Source: Methylacidiphilum caldifontis (GTDB taxonomy: Bacteria > Verrucomicrobiota > Verrucomicrobiia > Methylacidiphilales > CAMAQI01). From it: a stretch of 64,000 bases of DNA. Of this stretch, positions 47,589-56,859 are shown in pieces; position 1 is the stretch's first letter; each line of letters begins with the position of its first letter. The translations under genes were made by a program, and so were the position numbers. The stretch spans positions 2,650 through 66,649 of the forward strand of contig CAMCSM010000002.1 of assembly GCA_945877805.1 (NCBI GenBank), written 5' to 3'. The notes under the pieces were generated by a model that was given only the letters and a program-made list of their open reading frames with translations, was not told where the DNA came from and searched no databases.

Positions 47589-48548
47589 ATGAAATCAAAT
47601 TCTATCGAGAAAGTAGCCGTCATCGGCCTAGGAAACATGGGGCATGGAATTGCTCAGGCTTTCGCTTTTGGTGGTTATGAGGTTTTTGGATATGATGAAG
47701 TGAAGAGTTTTAGAGATTCTGCCCAAACACGAATTAAGGCGAATCTCCTGAATTTGAATGCCCTAGGTCTACTTCCCCGCAGAGAGATAGAGCTGATTTT
47801 ATCAAGAATTCATATCGTGGAGAGAGAAGAGGAAGCGGTTCAAGAGGTTCAGTTTGTGACAGAAGCGGTGAGGGAGGATCTAGCGATCAAGCAGGCATTG
47901 TTTGAACGGATTGAAAAAAACGTTTCACCTGAAACGATTTTTGCGAGTAATTCATCGACCTTTCCGATCACGCAATCGGCATTGAATTTGAATCATCCGG
48001 AGCGGGCAATTGTGACGCATTGGTTTAATCCTCCGCATATTGTCCCTGTTGTCGAAATCGTTCCTGGATTAAAGACCTCTCTGGAGACGACCAATAAAAC
48101 AAAAGCGTTGCTTTTAAAAATTGGCAAAGATCCGATTTTAATTCGGAGAGAAATCCCGGGGTTTTTAGTGAATCGAGTCCAAACGGCGATGCTGAGAGAG
48201 GTGTGGGATTTAGTGGATCAAGGAGTCGCAAGTCGTGAAGATATCGATCGGGCAATTTCCGGAACCCTCGGATTTCGCCTAGCCGCTTTTGGACCGCTCC
48301 AAATCAGTGATTTTGGAGGTCTCGATATCTTGCGGGCGATGTACGCAGGGTTAGCTCCAGAAATCCGCTCGACTTCAGAACTCCCTACGGTCGTAAAGGA
48401 TCTTGTCGAAAAGGGTCATTATGGAGTGAAAACCGGCGAGGGATTTTACGCCTATCAGCCGGAAGTGATTGCCGACTTAAACGCCAAGAGAGATGTACGA
48501 TTATTGGCACTCCGTCAGCTCATTTCGCAATGGGCGCAATGCGATTAA
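47589..48548 (+). CDS. 3-hydroxyacyl-CoA dehydrogenase family protein
   Basis: Rossmann motif VAVIGLGNMGHGIAQAFA, SNSSTFPIT, HWFNPPHIVPVVEIV and PGFLVNRVQ. The ATG directly abuts the thiolase stop. Confidence 0.85.
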   Translation: MKSNSIEKVAVIGLGNMGHGIAQAFAFGGYEVFGYDEVKSFRDSAQTRIKANLLNLNALGLLPRREIELILSRIHIVEREEEAVQEVQFVTEAVREDLAIKQALFERIEKNVSPETIFASNSSTFPITQSALNLNHPERAIVTHWFNPPHIVPVVEIVPGLKTSLETTNKTKALLLKIGKDPILIRREIPGFLVNRVQTAMLREVWDLVDQGVASREDIDRAISGTLGFRLAAFGPLQISDFGGLDILRAMYAGLAPEIRSTSELPTVVKDLVEKGHYGVKTGEGFYAYQPEVIADLNAKRDVRLLALRQLISQWAQCD

Positions 48549-48638
48549 GCTGAATATTGATCTCACCTTCTGAATTCAATCGGAATTTTCAGAGCAAGAC
48601 GACAATGAAAAAATTAGAATAAAATGAAGATTCAACTA

Positions 48639-48666
48639 TTGACAAATTGATAAAACGATTTATCAT
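48639..48666 (+). promoter_or_regulatory. promoter-operator module, class A (upstream of the PEP-CTERM protein gene)
   Basis: TTGACA-aatt-GATAAAACGATTTATC-at. The 16-mer is a 7/8-pair palindrome centred on CG. TATCAT is -10-like at 16-nt spacing from TTGACA. Confidence 0.5.
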
Positions 48667-48672
48667 TTGTAT

Positions 48673-49761
48673 ATGAGAAAAATAAATTCAGTCAAATTTA
48701 TGAAAGCAAATTATAATGCACTTATCTTAGCCGCGTTATTCTGGATGAATTACGGAGAGATGGGGGTGCAAGCACAAAACGCCACATGGACTGGACTGTT
48801 GGGTCCGGACGGTACCGTTGCTGCAAATTATACGGGAGGAATTGCGCCTTCAGTGGGAGGTACTCTGACAGTTTCTGGAAATATGACGATCGGAGCGGAT
48901 AGTGCATCCAAAGTTTCGGCAACAGGAATCACACTATCGGGAGATACAACGATTAGTGGGCCAGGCTTCATGGTCTTAGATAGTGGGAACAATAACGGAC
49001 GATTTGGAAATTTAAATGGCAGGACTTTAACTTTGAATACGGGGTTAAGATCCGAGGTTTCTGGTGTTATTACTGGCGTACAGGATATCGTTTGGTCGGG
49101 AGCGGGGGGGGGCCTTGTTTTGAGTGGATCGAGTAGTATCATTCCTTATGTATTGGGGACATCGACAACAGCGGGTGTCGGATATAATTATGTGAGTGGT
49201 ATGACTATTTCAACGACTTCTGCGGCTGCGATTGGCGGAGGTGCCTATGTTGCTTATGGTAATACTACAATTCAATTAAATGGCAATTCAGCCACTCTGA
49301 ATGGATTAGGAGCAAGAAATGCGACAACGATGACTGTTGATATGGGAGTAAACACGATATCGCAGACGACTACTATCACAACGGCTGTGAATGGGTTACT
49401 TTCAGCATCGAACACTAATTTAGCGGGTAACGTTGTATTTACGAACGTTAACATTTCAGGATCAGTTCTCGATCAATTTAACTTTAATTTTGCAACGAAT
49501 AGTAGCACCTCCGAGGTCGATTATGCTCTGGGTAAATATAGTTTTGTTGATGCAACTTCGGGTCTTACTTACTCCTATTCCAATAGCTTAAGAAGTACAG
49601 GGAATGCTGTTGCTGGAACGTTTGGTTTCGCCTCAGGTTCAAACGCTCTAGTCTTTTCTGCTATTCCAGAGCCTTCGACTTACGTTTTTGTCTTGATGGG
49701 TTCCCTATTGCTGTTTATTTTTCATAAAAATCGTAATCGAAAAATCACGGTAAGTTCTTAA
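48673..49761 (+). CDS. PEP-CTERM-anchored secreted repeat protein
   Basis: The C-terminus is IPEPSTYVFVLMGSLLLFIFHKNRNRK (PEP motif + TM + basic tail). The body is a Gly/Thr/Ser/Asn-rich beta-helix-like repeat. The start is uncertain: the TTG at 48667 is the track start, with ATGs at 48673 and 48700. Confidence 0.7.
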   Translation: MRKINSVKFMKANYNALILAALFWMNYGEMGVQAQNATWTGLLGPDGTVAANYTGGIAPSVGGTLTVSGNMTIGADSASKVSATGITLSGDTTISGPGFMVLDSGNNNGRFGNLNGRTLTLNTGLRSEVSGVITGVQDIVWSGAGGGLVLSGSSSIIPYVLGTSTTAGVGYNYVSGMTISTTSAAAIGGGAYVAYGNTTIQLNGNSATLNGLGARNATTMTVDMGVNTISQTTTITTAVNGLLSASNTNLAGNVVFTNVNISGSVLDQFNFNFATNSSTSEVDYALGKYSFVDATSGLTYSYSNSLRSTGNAVAGTFGFASGSNALVFSAIPEPSTYVFVLMGSLLLFIFHKNRNRKITVSS

Positions 49762-49871
49762 GATCCTTACGCGGTGTAAGGGAAAACAGTTAAACTTCAG
49801 GGATTGTTTTCTATCAAAATCGTCTTTTTTCTCAGTCTAAAATTTGAGTGACTTGCCTAAGGAAATAATTA

Positions 49872-50822
49872 ATGAAAAAAATCTTCTCATGCTTAAATGG
49901 GCTCTGTTTCGGATTGCTTCTCTCCTCTCTCCTAGGGGGGATTCTGATGACTGATGCAGATAAGAAAGTTTTAGAGGAGAAACAAAAACAGATCGCTGCG
50001 CTTCCGAAAGGAACGCAGGTGATCTTAGATCAATCGTATAGTGAATCGAATTTCGCTGGAACGAAGTTTGGATCAGCACAAAATCTCGATCTTTATGTTC
50101 CTCCAGGAGAGGGTCCCTTCCCTCTGATTCTTTGGATCCATGGCGGGGGATGGCATTCAGGAGCCAAGGATCTTTGTTCTGTGGGTCGATGGATTCCGGC
50201 AGGGTTCGCCATTGCTTCGGTCAATTACCGCTTAACGGTTGATACCCCCTTTCCTGCCCAGATTGAAGACTGTTTTTCAGCCTTAATATGGCTTCGTCAG
50301 AATTCAAATAAATATAAAATTGATCCGAATAAGGTTGTCGTATCAGGACATTCCGCAGGGGCTCATTTAGCTGCTTTAGTTGCCTTTACGGGTAATACTG
50401 AGGCATTCGTTAAGAAATCGGATGTTTCGACGCAAGTTCAGGCGGCCTCCCTTTGGTCCGGTCCCTATGATTTTGACCGTGATAATGGCTGCTGGCCGAA
50501 AACCACTATGGTATGGAATCCCAGTGACCTTTTTGCAAAGTGCTTTTTCCCAAGCGGAGCCTATGAAATTGAGTTCGCCAAAAAAGCTAGCCCGATTAAC
50601 TACGTTCGTTCCGGCCTCCCTCCGATCATGATCCTTCATGGTGAGAAAGATGATATCGTCACGCAGAAGCATGCGACTCTTCTTCATGAAGCGCTCACGA
50701 AACAAGGGAATCAGGTCTTGCTTGATATTCAACCAGGAAAAGATCACTCGACGGTTTTCAATGACGCGACCTTTCAAAAAACAATCGATTTTTTTAAAAA
50801 ATCGCTTCAGGATAAAAAATAA
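49872..50822 (+). CDS. alpha/beta-hydrolase esterase (HGGG-type)
   Basis: Signal peptide. Oxyanion motif IHGGGWHSG, nucleophile elbow GHSAGAH and HGEKDDIV. It is a paralogue of 55894-56859. Confidence 0.8.
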   Translation: MKKIFSCLNGLCFGLLLSSLLGGILMTDADKKVLEEKQKQIAALPKGTQVILDQSYSESNFAGTKFGSAQNLDLYVPPGEGPFPLILWIHGGGWHSGAKDLCSVGRWIPAGFAIASVNYRLTVDTPFPAQIEDCFSALIWLRQNSNKYKIDPNKVVVSGHSAGAHLAALVAFTGNTEAFVKKSDVSTQVQAASLWSGPYDFDRDNGCWPKTTMVWNPSDLFAKCFFPSGAYEIEFAKKASPINYVRSGLPPIMILHGEKDDIVTQKHATLLHEALTKQGNQVLLDIQPGKDHSTVFNDATFQKTIDFFKKSLQDKK

Positions 50823-50957
50823 AAGCATCTCAGTTTACAAATCACTCTTCCGTTGTAATGATCATTTGATCGATTTGATTTGTTTCTGAGTCGGTATTGC
50901 CGATTGACATTGGATAGTTTTGCGAAATGATGAGAGGATCTTAGAGAGCGTTAATTA

Positions 50958-53900
50958 ATGAAACACACCTCCCTCAAGCCTCAGCGAGCCTTTACGATTA
51001 TCTTAACGCTTCTGATTGTCAGTTTAGCCTCTGGCTTAATTTTAGCTTTTTTAGTCAAGACACAGCAGCAGAGAGGAGTCTCTGAACTTTATGTCCAAAA
51101 TATCGTTGTGGATCTTGAGCTCATTAGTGCCACGGATATGGCCATTGCGACCGTTCAAGAAAAAATTAGAAAATCAAGTCAAATTCTATCGCAAGAAAAT
51201 GCTCCCACCCATTTGCGATATCGACCTTCGACCCCCAAAATGACCGCGGCAAGCTCCCTGCTTTCTTTTCCGGTTTCAGTTCCCGAACTCCTGACGGAAG
51301 GGGAGGATCAGCACTGGACTCGAGTTAACTTAACAGACTTAGCTCAATTTATGTCGATTGGGTGGGGGAGAATCGGTTTAAATAAACAAGATATCAAGAC
51401 AGAAAAGGGGATCTATCAGAAAATTTATCCAGAAAAGGAAAAATCGAAAAGTATCTTTCTTCAGGGTCATATTTATGATTTAGGGGGATTGTGTGACGCT
51501 AATGTGATCCCGTGGGGGAGCCTCATGGAAGCGGAGGATCGAAAGTATAAAGCCTATTCCTACTCCTTAAATCCAGAAAAAATCACGGGACTGAACAATG
51601 TTGAAATGAAGCGGATCGGTCAATGGCTTGCGGGGTCGGGATCATCTGATGGAAATACGCTTCGCACTCGGATCAAAGAGATGCATAAAACCGGATTTTT
51701 AACGATCGATAATAAAGCAAACGTATTTCTTTCCAGAGAGGAGTTACTCGACTTTATAGATGATTATGAAATCTCTTCACTGAGCACTGAAGTACTAGGA
51801 ACTTTTTCAAGGGAGATCAATGCACCGAGTTTCCGTCCCACTTTTAATGGAACGACTTTCTCCACATTTAATGCCAGTAGTCTCTATACCTTTAAGTATT
51901 TGGAGGAATGTGATGATTCTTGGTCGGGGGTAAAACCGAGAAAATTTAACAGAGATTTTACCCTTCTTCCGGCAATGAGTTCGAATAAGGAGGGGATCTC
52001 TGTCCTGAGTCGTCGATTTGCTTTGCGGAAATTGGATCTTCTGGAAAAGGCCTCTGGGACGATTGGAGTCGATTCAGAGATCTATCGGTATTTTGGGCTG
52101 ACTCGGACCGGTGATGGGGAGCCGTGGCTCTATTCCGCAGGAGCCTTAGATGAGTCGGGGAATACAAAGATTTACCAGCTCAATGATCCTGCTTTCCTTG
52201 CTCTTAATCGTGAACCAAATTTTTTTGAGCTTCTTCAGGCCGGTATTCTTGCCGGTTCTCTCGGTCAAAACTCGAAGTCGAATGATCAAACCAGCATTGG
52301 AGAAATGATCTTTTGTCAAACTCCCGAGAATGAAATTTCTACCCCTTATCATATTTTTAAAATCGGCTTAAATATTATCGATCAGTGGGATCAGGACAGT
52401 TATCCAACAATGCTTCAGTTGATCGGAAGGAAAGTTATCCAGCCTCCTCCTGATTCCACCAATATCTCTCAGGAAGGACAAGTCATGGTTTTGATTGGTC
52501 AGGAAGGGTTGCCCCAGATTTCAGAACTCAACTATTTCCTTTTTAGACCGCCCTCAGGGTCCACGGTTCGAACGCCTGTCCCCGTTTCTGGGGGAGTCCT
52601 GACGACTTATACTCAGCCCGCTACTTTAGACTATATATTTACATGGTTTGTTCCGGAGTTTTGGGCGATAGAAAATCTGACGACTTCTGTTGTGAATGGT
52701 CCGCAGAAATTCCGATTTTCAACGCGGAACGGACGATCTTATCTGATTCCAACACTTAATCAAAATGGAAGGACCTCTTTTCACATCGATTATGCCTCTA
52801 CTCCTTGTAAGATGGATTTTAATTTGAACCGAACGAACGTTACTTCTCCCCGTATTGCGGATACAAGTGTGACTTCCGTGACTTCGACAACCCCGACAGA
52901 CCTCAATCAAAATGGAAGTGCGACGATCCCATCAGTTTCTTGGTTTGGGATTCCGAGTTCCTTTAACCTAGCTCAAGACTATAGATCGACCGGAGCGCTG
53001 CTCGTTCCAGCCGTCAATCCAGCACGTGCACAGTGGGGATTTTTTAAGTTTGGAAGTGGAAGTAGTAATTTTACATTTGCTTGGTCCTACTTAAAAAATG
53101 GAAAATCAGGCGCAATTGATTCGGATTGGCAAGATATCCAGTTACTTCAAGGACTCCTCTATAGTAATGGAGTGGCTAATACTTCCCCAGGAGATGCAGG
53201 GCTCTATACGAATAATATGACTGGAAATGTCGCCAATAACTTGGCAACAATTTCTAGCCCTTATTCGACAACAAATCCTGCTTTTTCGATGTCCTTTTCC
53301 CCTGTGGATCCTCGTGGAGCAAGAGTCGGATGGACAAATTTTGAAATGACCACTACAAACACCCAACCGAGCCCCAATACTCACCCTTGGTTTGGGATGA
53401 ATACCGCTTGGCAAATGCTCGCTTCATTATGGGGAAACCCCACGGGGGCTTTATTTTTCCCTTTTAACATTACCTCTGCAAAAAGTAATTCATGGTGGAC
53501 CGTGAATACAAGTGTCGTTGATTACGTGGATAATCGCAGTACAGGAGTAAACCCTCATTCCTCAATAAGCACACTTCGGTATTACAAAGATAATGATGGC
53601 ATTGTGCGTCGTGGAGATGGAAATGCAAATTATGGGGTCTATCCGAATCGTCCCGATACTGATTTATCAGCGCGCCCGATTATTTTAAATCGGGCTTTCA
53701 AAAATATTGCTGAAATGGGGTACGCCTACCGAGATCTCCCTTGGAAAACAATCGATTTTGCCTCAGGGAATAGTGGAGATCGAGCCCTTCTCGATCTTTT
53801 TACACTCGAAGAGGAACCTGAGGTTGTTGCTGGAAAAATAAATTTTCACTCCGCTTCCAAAGAGATTCTTCAGGCATTGCTCGACGGAACGGAGATTGAT

Positions 53901-54266
53901 CCTTTGTCCGGCTCAACGCTTTCAAATAGTTCCGGAATCAATGCGTCAACCGTCGTTGATTCGCTCTTTCAGTTGAAGGAGAAGGTTGAGAATAAGTCCG
54001 ATTTAGTCACGCAGATGATCACGGCCCTCCCGGAGAGCAATCAGTTGGATACTGCGATTAAATGGAGACGTGAATCAACAATTCGAGCGTTGATTCCCTC
54101 CGTTCAAACGCGGACCTGGAATCTTTGTCTCGACCTGAATTGCCAAGTTGCGACGCTTCAGAAAAATAGTCAGGAAAAGGGATCGCGCGCTAGGGTTTGG
54201 GTGAGTGTTGCCATCGATCGCTTTACAGGACATGTAGTCGACCGACAAGTGGAGTGGATTCAGTAA
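50958..54266 (+). CDS. giant secreted protein with pseudopilin/GspK-like N-terminal anchor
   Basis: 1102 aa. The N-terminus KPQRAFTIILTLLIVSLASGLILAFLV resembles the minor-pseudopilin (GspK/PilX-like) hydrophobic segment. The rest is Ser/Thr/Asn-rich with no domain I can name. It may belong to the family I recall being named Verru_Chthon cassette protein A. Confidence 0.55.
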   Translation: MKHTSLKPQRAFTIILTLLIVSLASGLILAFLVKTQQQRGVSELYVQNIVVDLELISATDMAIATVQEKIRKSSQILSQENAPTHLRYRPSTPKMTAASSLLSFPVSVPELLTEGEDQHWTRVNLTDLAQFMSIGWGRIGLNKQDIKTEKGIYQKIYPEKEKSKSIFLQGHIYDLGGLCDANVIPWGSLMEAEDRKYKAYSYSLNPEKITGLNNVEMKRIGQWLAGSGSSDGNTLRTRIKEMHKTGFLTIDNKANVFLSREELLDFIDDYEISSLSTEVLGTFSREINAPSFRPTFNGTTFSTFNASSLYTFKYLEECDDSWSGVKPRKFNRDFTLLPAMSSNKEGISVLSRRFALRKLDLLEKASGTIGVDSEIYRYFGLTRTGDGEPWLYSAGALDESGNTKIYQLNDPAFLALNREPNFFELLQAGILAGSLGQNSKSNDQTSIGEMIFCQTPENEISTPYHIFKIGLNIIDQWDQDSYPTMLQLIGRKVIQPPPDSTNISQEGQVMVLIGQEGLPQISELNYFLFRPPSGSTVRTPVPVSGGVLTTYTQPATLDYIFTWFVPEFWAIENLTTSVVNGPQKFRFSTRNGRSYLIPTLNQNGRTSFHIDYASTPCKMDFNLNRTNVTSPRIADTSVTSVTSTTPTDLNQNGSATIPSVSWFGIPSSFNLAQDYRSTGALLVPAVNPARAQWGFFKFGSGSSNFTFAWSYLKNGKSGAIDSDWQDIQLLQGLLYSNGVANTSPGDAGLYTNNMTGNVANNLATISSPYSTTNPAFSMSFSPVDPRGARVGWTNFEMTTTNTQPSPNTHPWFGMNTAWQMLASLWGNPTGALFFPFNITSAKSNSWWTVNTSVVDYVDNRSTGVNPHSSISTLRYYKDNDGIVRRGDGNANYGVYPNRPDTDLSARPIILNRAFKNIAEMGYAYRDLPWKTIDFASGNSGDRALLDLFTLEEEPEVVAGKINFHSASKEILQALLDGTEIDPLSGSTLSNSSGINASTVVDSLFQLKEKVENKSDLVTQMITALPESNQLDTAIKWRRESTIRALIPSVQTRTWNLCLDLNCQVATLQKNSQEKGSRARVWVSVAIDRFTGHVVDRQVEWIQ

Positions 54267-54281
54267 CGAAGCTGTTATTCT

Positions 54282-54309
54282 TTGATCATTCAGATAAAAC
54301 GATTAACTT
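54282..54309 (+). promoter_or_regulatory. promoter-operator module, class A variant (upstream of GntP permease)
   Basis: TTGATC-attca-GATAAAACGATTAAC-tt. The layout matches 44278 and 48639 with a 1-nt offset. TAACTT is -10-like. Confidence 0.4.
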
Positions 54310-54359
54310 AAATGCCCTCTAATCCTCTCAGGAATCCATAGGAAAATAAGCAGAATCGT

Positions 54360-55748
54360 ATGATTGATATTTTAGTACTCGTTTTCGCTCTTGGGCTTTT
54401 AATGTTGGCCGCCTACCGGGGATGGAGCGTCATCCTTTTTTCCCCTATTTGTGCCTTAGCAGCAATTTGTATGACCGATGTCTCACGGATACTACCGTTA
54501 TTTAGCGAAGTTTTTATGGAGAAGGTGGCCTCCTTTCTTAAGCTCTATTTCCCTGTATTTATGCTTGGGGCGCTATTCGGAAAGATGATTGAACTGTCAG
54601 GATTTTCTAAATCGATCGTCGTTTCTGTGATTCGATTATTTGGCGTGAACCAAGTCATGTTTGCAGTCGTATTTGTCGGGGCTTTATTGACCTATGGCGG
54701 AGTTTCCCTTTTCGTTGTTGTCTTTGCGATTTATCCCTTCGCTGCAGAGTTATTTCGAAAAAGCAATATTCCCAAACGATTGATTCCCGCAACAATTGCT
54801 TTGGGGGCCTTTACCTTTACCATGGATTCCCTTCCCGGCACTCCGCAACTTCAAAATATTATCCCGACTACTTTTTTTAAAACAACGACCTGGGCCGCCC
54901 CCATTTCCGGAATTTTAGGATCTATTTTTATTTTAGTTTGTGGACTGAGTTATCTTCAGTGGAGAGGTCGAGTCGCATTCAATCGAGGCGAGGGCTATGG
55001 TACCGGGCACCGAAATGAGCCAGAACGATTACCGGAAACCGCAATGCCCTCTCCGTTTTTAGCGATCCTTCCTCTCCTCCTTGTCGCCTTTCTGAACAAA
55101 TATTTTACATTTGCGATTCCCCAATATTTTGGTTCTCATTTCGAATTAGCGATTTTAAAAAAAGTGGTCATTATTGATATTGAGAAATGGACGGCAATTT
55201 GGGCCGTCGAAGGGGCCCTCGTTGTAGGAATTATTTTTGTCATCTGTACTGGTTTTAAGCAAATCGCCCCAAAATGGGCTGACGGTTCTCATAGTGCTGT
55301 TACAGGATCGCTCGTTGCCTCAATGAATACTGCCTCGGAATATGGATTTGGATCGGTAATCGCCGGTCTCCCGGGATTTACATTAATTTTGAACAGTTTA
55401 AACGGGATTTCTAATCCACTGATCCACCAGGCGATCTCCGTGACGACACTGGCGGGAATTACCGGGTCGGCCTCTGGGGGATTGAGCATTGCCTTGGCCG
55501 CGATGGGGGACTCCTTTATTGAGGCAGCCTCTCTCCATCAAATCCCCCTCGAAGTTCTTCATCGTGTCGCCTCAATGGCGAGTGGGGGAATGGATACTCT
55601 TCCCCATAATGGAGCCGTAATCACCCTTCTTTTAGTGACCGGATTAACTCACAAGTCCTCCTACGGGGATATTTTTGTCCTGACCCTGATCAAAACAACG
55701 GCCGTATTTGTCGTGATCGGCCTATACGTACTTTTTAACATCTACTAA
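54360..55748 (+). CDS. GntP-family organic-anion permease
   Basis: Polytopic membrane protein. MLGALFGKMIELSGFSKSIVVSVIRLFG matches the GntP block GA.LGK....SG.....I. The C-terminal SGGMDTLPHNGAVIT is also typical. Confidence 0.7.
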   Translation: MIDILVLVFALGLLMLAAYRGWSVILFSPICALAAICMTDVSRILPLFSEVFMEKVASFLKLYFPVFMLGALFGKMIELSGFSKSIVVSVIRLFGVNQVMFAVVFVGALLTYGGVSLFVVVFAIYPFAAELFRKSNIPKRLIPATIALGAFTFTMDSLPGTPQLQNIIPTTFFKTTTWAAPISGILGSIFILVCGLSYLQWRGRVAFNRGEGYGTGHRNEPERLPETAMPSPFLAILPLLLVAFLNKYFTFAIPQYFGSHFELAILKKVVIIDIEKWTAIWAVEGALVVGIIFVICTGFKQIAPKWADGSHSAVTGSLVASMNTASEYGFGSVIAGLPGFTLILNSLNGISNPLIHQAISVTTLAGITGSASGGLSIALAAMGDSFIEAASLHQIPLEVLHRVASMASGGMDTLPHNGAVITLLLVTGLTHKSSYGDIFVLTLIKTTAVFVVIGLYVLFNIY

Positions 55749-55864
55749 TCCATCGGCTTTGGTGAAGAGAGTATTGAGCCAGCGATCGCTTTTGGCATTA
55801 AGTGAGTTTTTGAGAGAGATTAAATTCGTACTGGACAAATGATAAATCTGGTTTATTTTAAATT

Positions 55865-55880
55865 AGTTAAACGTTTTACT
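55865..55880. promoter_or_regulatory. class B CG-centred palindrome (LacI-type operator-like)
   Basis: AGTTAAACGTTTTACT lies 14 nt upstream of the ATG at 55894. It is identical to 61191-61206. Confidence 0.45.
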
Positions 55881-55893
55881 AAAAAGGATCATT

Positions 55894-56859
55894 ATGAAAA
55901 ACAGAGATAACGGTAATTTTTGGCTCTATTTGAGCTGCTTCTTCATCAATTTAATAATGACGACCGTTTTTGCTGAAATTCAGTTGACGGAGGAGGAGAG
56001 AAAAAGCGTTGCTGTAAAAAAAGAATTTATCGCCAAACTCCCGAAGGGGACGGTCTCGGTTATTGATCAACCTTATGTGGAGCCGATGTTTGTCGGGACA
56101 AAGTTTGGATCGACACAAGATCTAGATCTCTATGTTCCTGCCGGAAAGGGGCCTTTCCCAGTGATTCTCTGGATGCATGGAGGAAGTTGGCACTCCGGAA
56201 ATAAAGAGTCGTGTGGTTTTGTTTCTTTTATTTTTTCTGGCTTTGCAGTCGCTTCAGTTAACTATCGACTAACTGGAGATGCCCCTTTTCCTGCTCAAAT
56301 CGAAGACGTTTTTTCTGCCTTGGAATGGATTCGTGTCAATTCAGGCCAATACAACCTAGATCCTGATAAAATTGGGGTCATGGGCTATTCGGCAGGGGCA
56401 TTGTTAGCTGCTTTAGTCGTGCAAACGGAAGTGACGGGGGAGTTCGTTAACTCTTCTGGTCGCTTTCCTCGAGTGAAGGCGGCGGCGGTTTGGGCAGGGG
56501 TGAGCGATCTGAATCGAGAGACAGGGGATTGGCCGAAGTCCTCATTCATCTGGAATCCTCAAGATACTTTTAATAAGACCTTTTTTCAAGGAGGGGTAAA
56601 TGATCCTAAAACTGCAAAAAGAGCCAGTCCGATGAGTTATGTGCGTCCGGGACTTCCGCCTATTATTATTGTCCATGGTGAAAAAGATGAAATTGTACCG
56701 CAAGGACATGCGATTTCATTCTCAGAGGCTCTTGCCAAAGAAGGAAACAAGGTCTCTCTTTTATTGGAAGCAGGGAGGGGACATGGAAACATTTCAACAG
56801 AGGTGACCTTTAGAAAAACGATCGAGTTTTTTAAGGAAGCATTTGGGGAAAAGAAATGA
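55894..56859 (+). CDS. alpha/beta-hydrolase esterase (HGGG-type), paralogue
   Basis: MHGGSWHSG, GYSAGAL and HGEKDEIV. It aligns along its whole length with the 49872-50822 product. Confidence 0.8.
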   Translation: MKNRDNGNFWLYLSCFFINLIMTTVFAEIQLTEEERKSVAVKKEFIAKLPKGTVSVIDQPYVEPMFVGTKFGSTQDLDLYVPAGKGPFPVILWMHGGSWHSGNKESCGFVSFIFSGFAVASVNYRLTGDAPFPAQIEDVFSALEWIRVNSGQYNLDPDKIGVMGYSAGALLAALVVQTEVTGEFVNSSGRFPRVKAAAVWAGVSDLNRETGDWPKSSFIWNPQDTFNKTFFQGGVNDPKTAKRASPMSYVRPGLPPIIIVHGEKDEIVPQGHAISFSEALAKEGNKVSLLLEAGRGHGNISTEVTFRKTIEFFKEAFGEKK

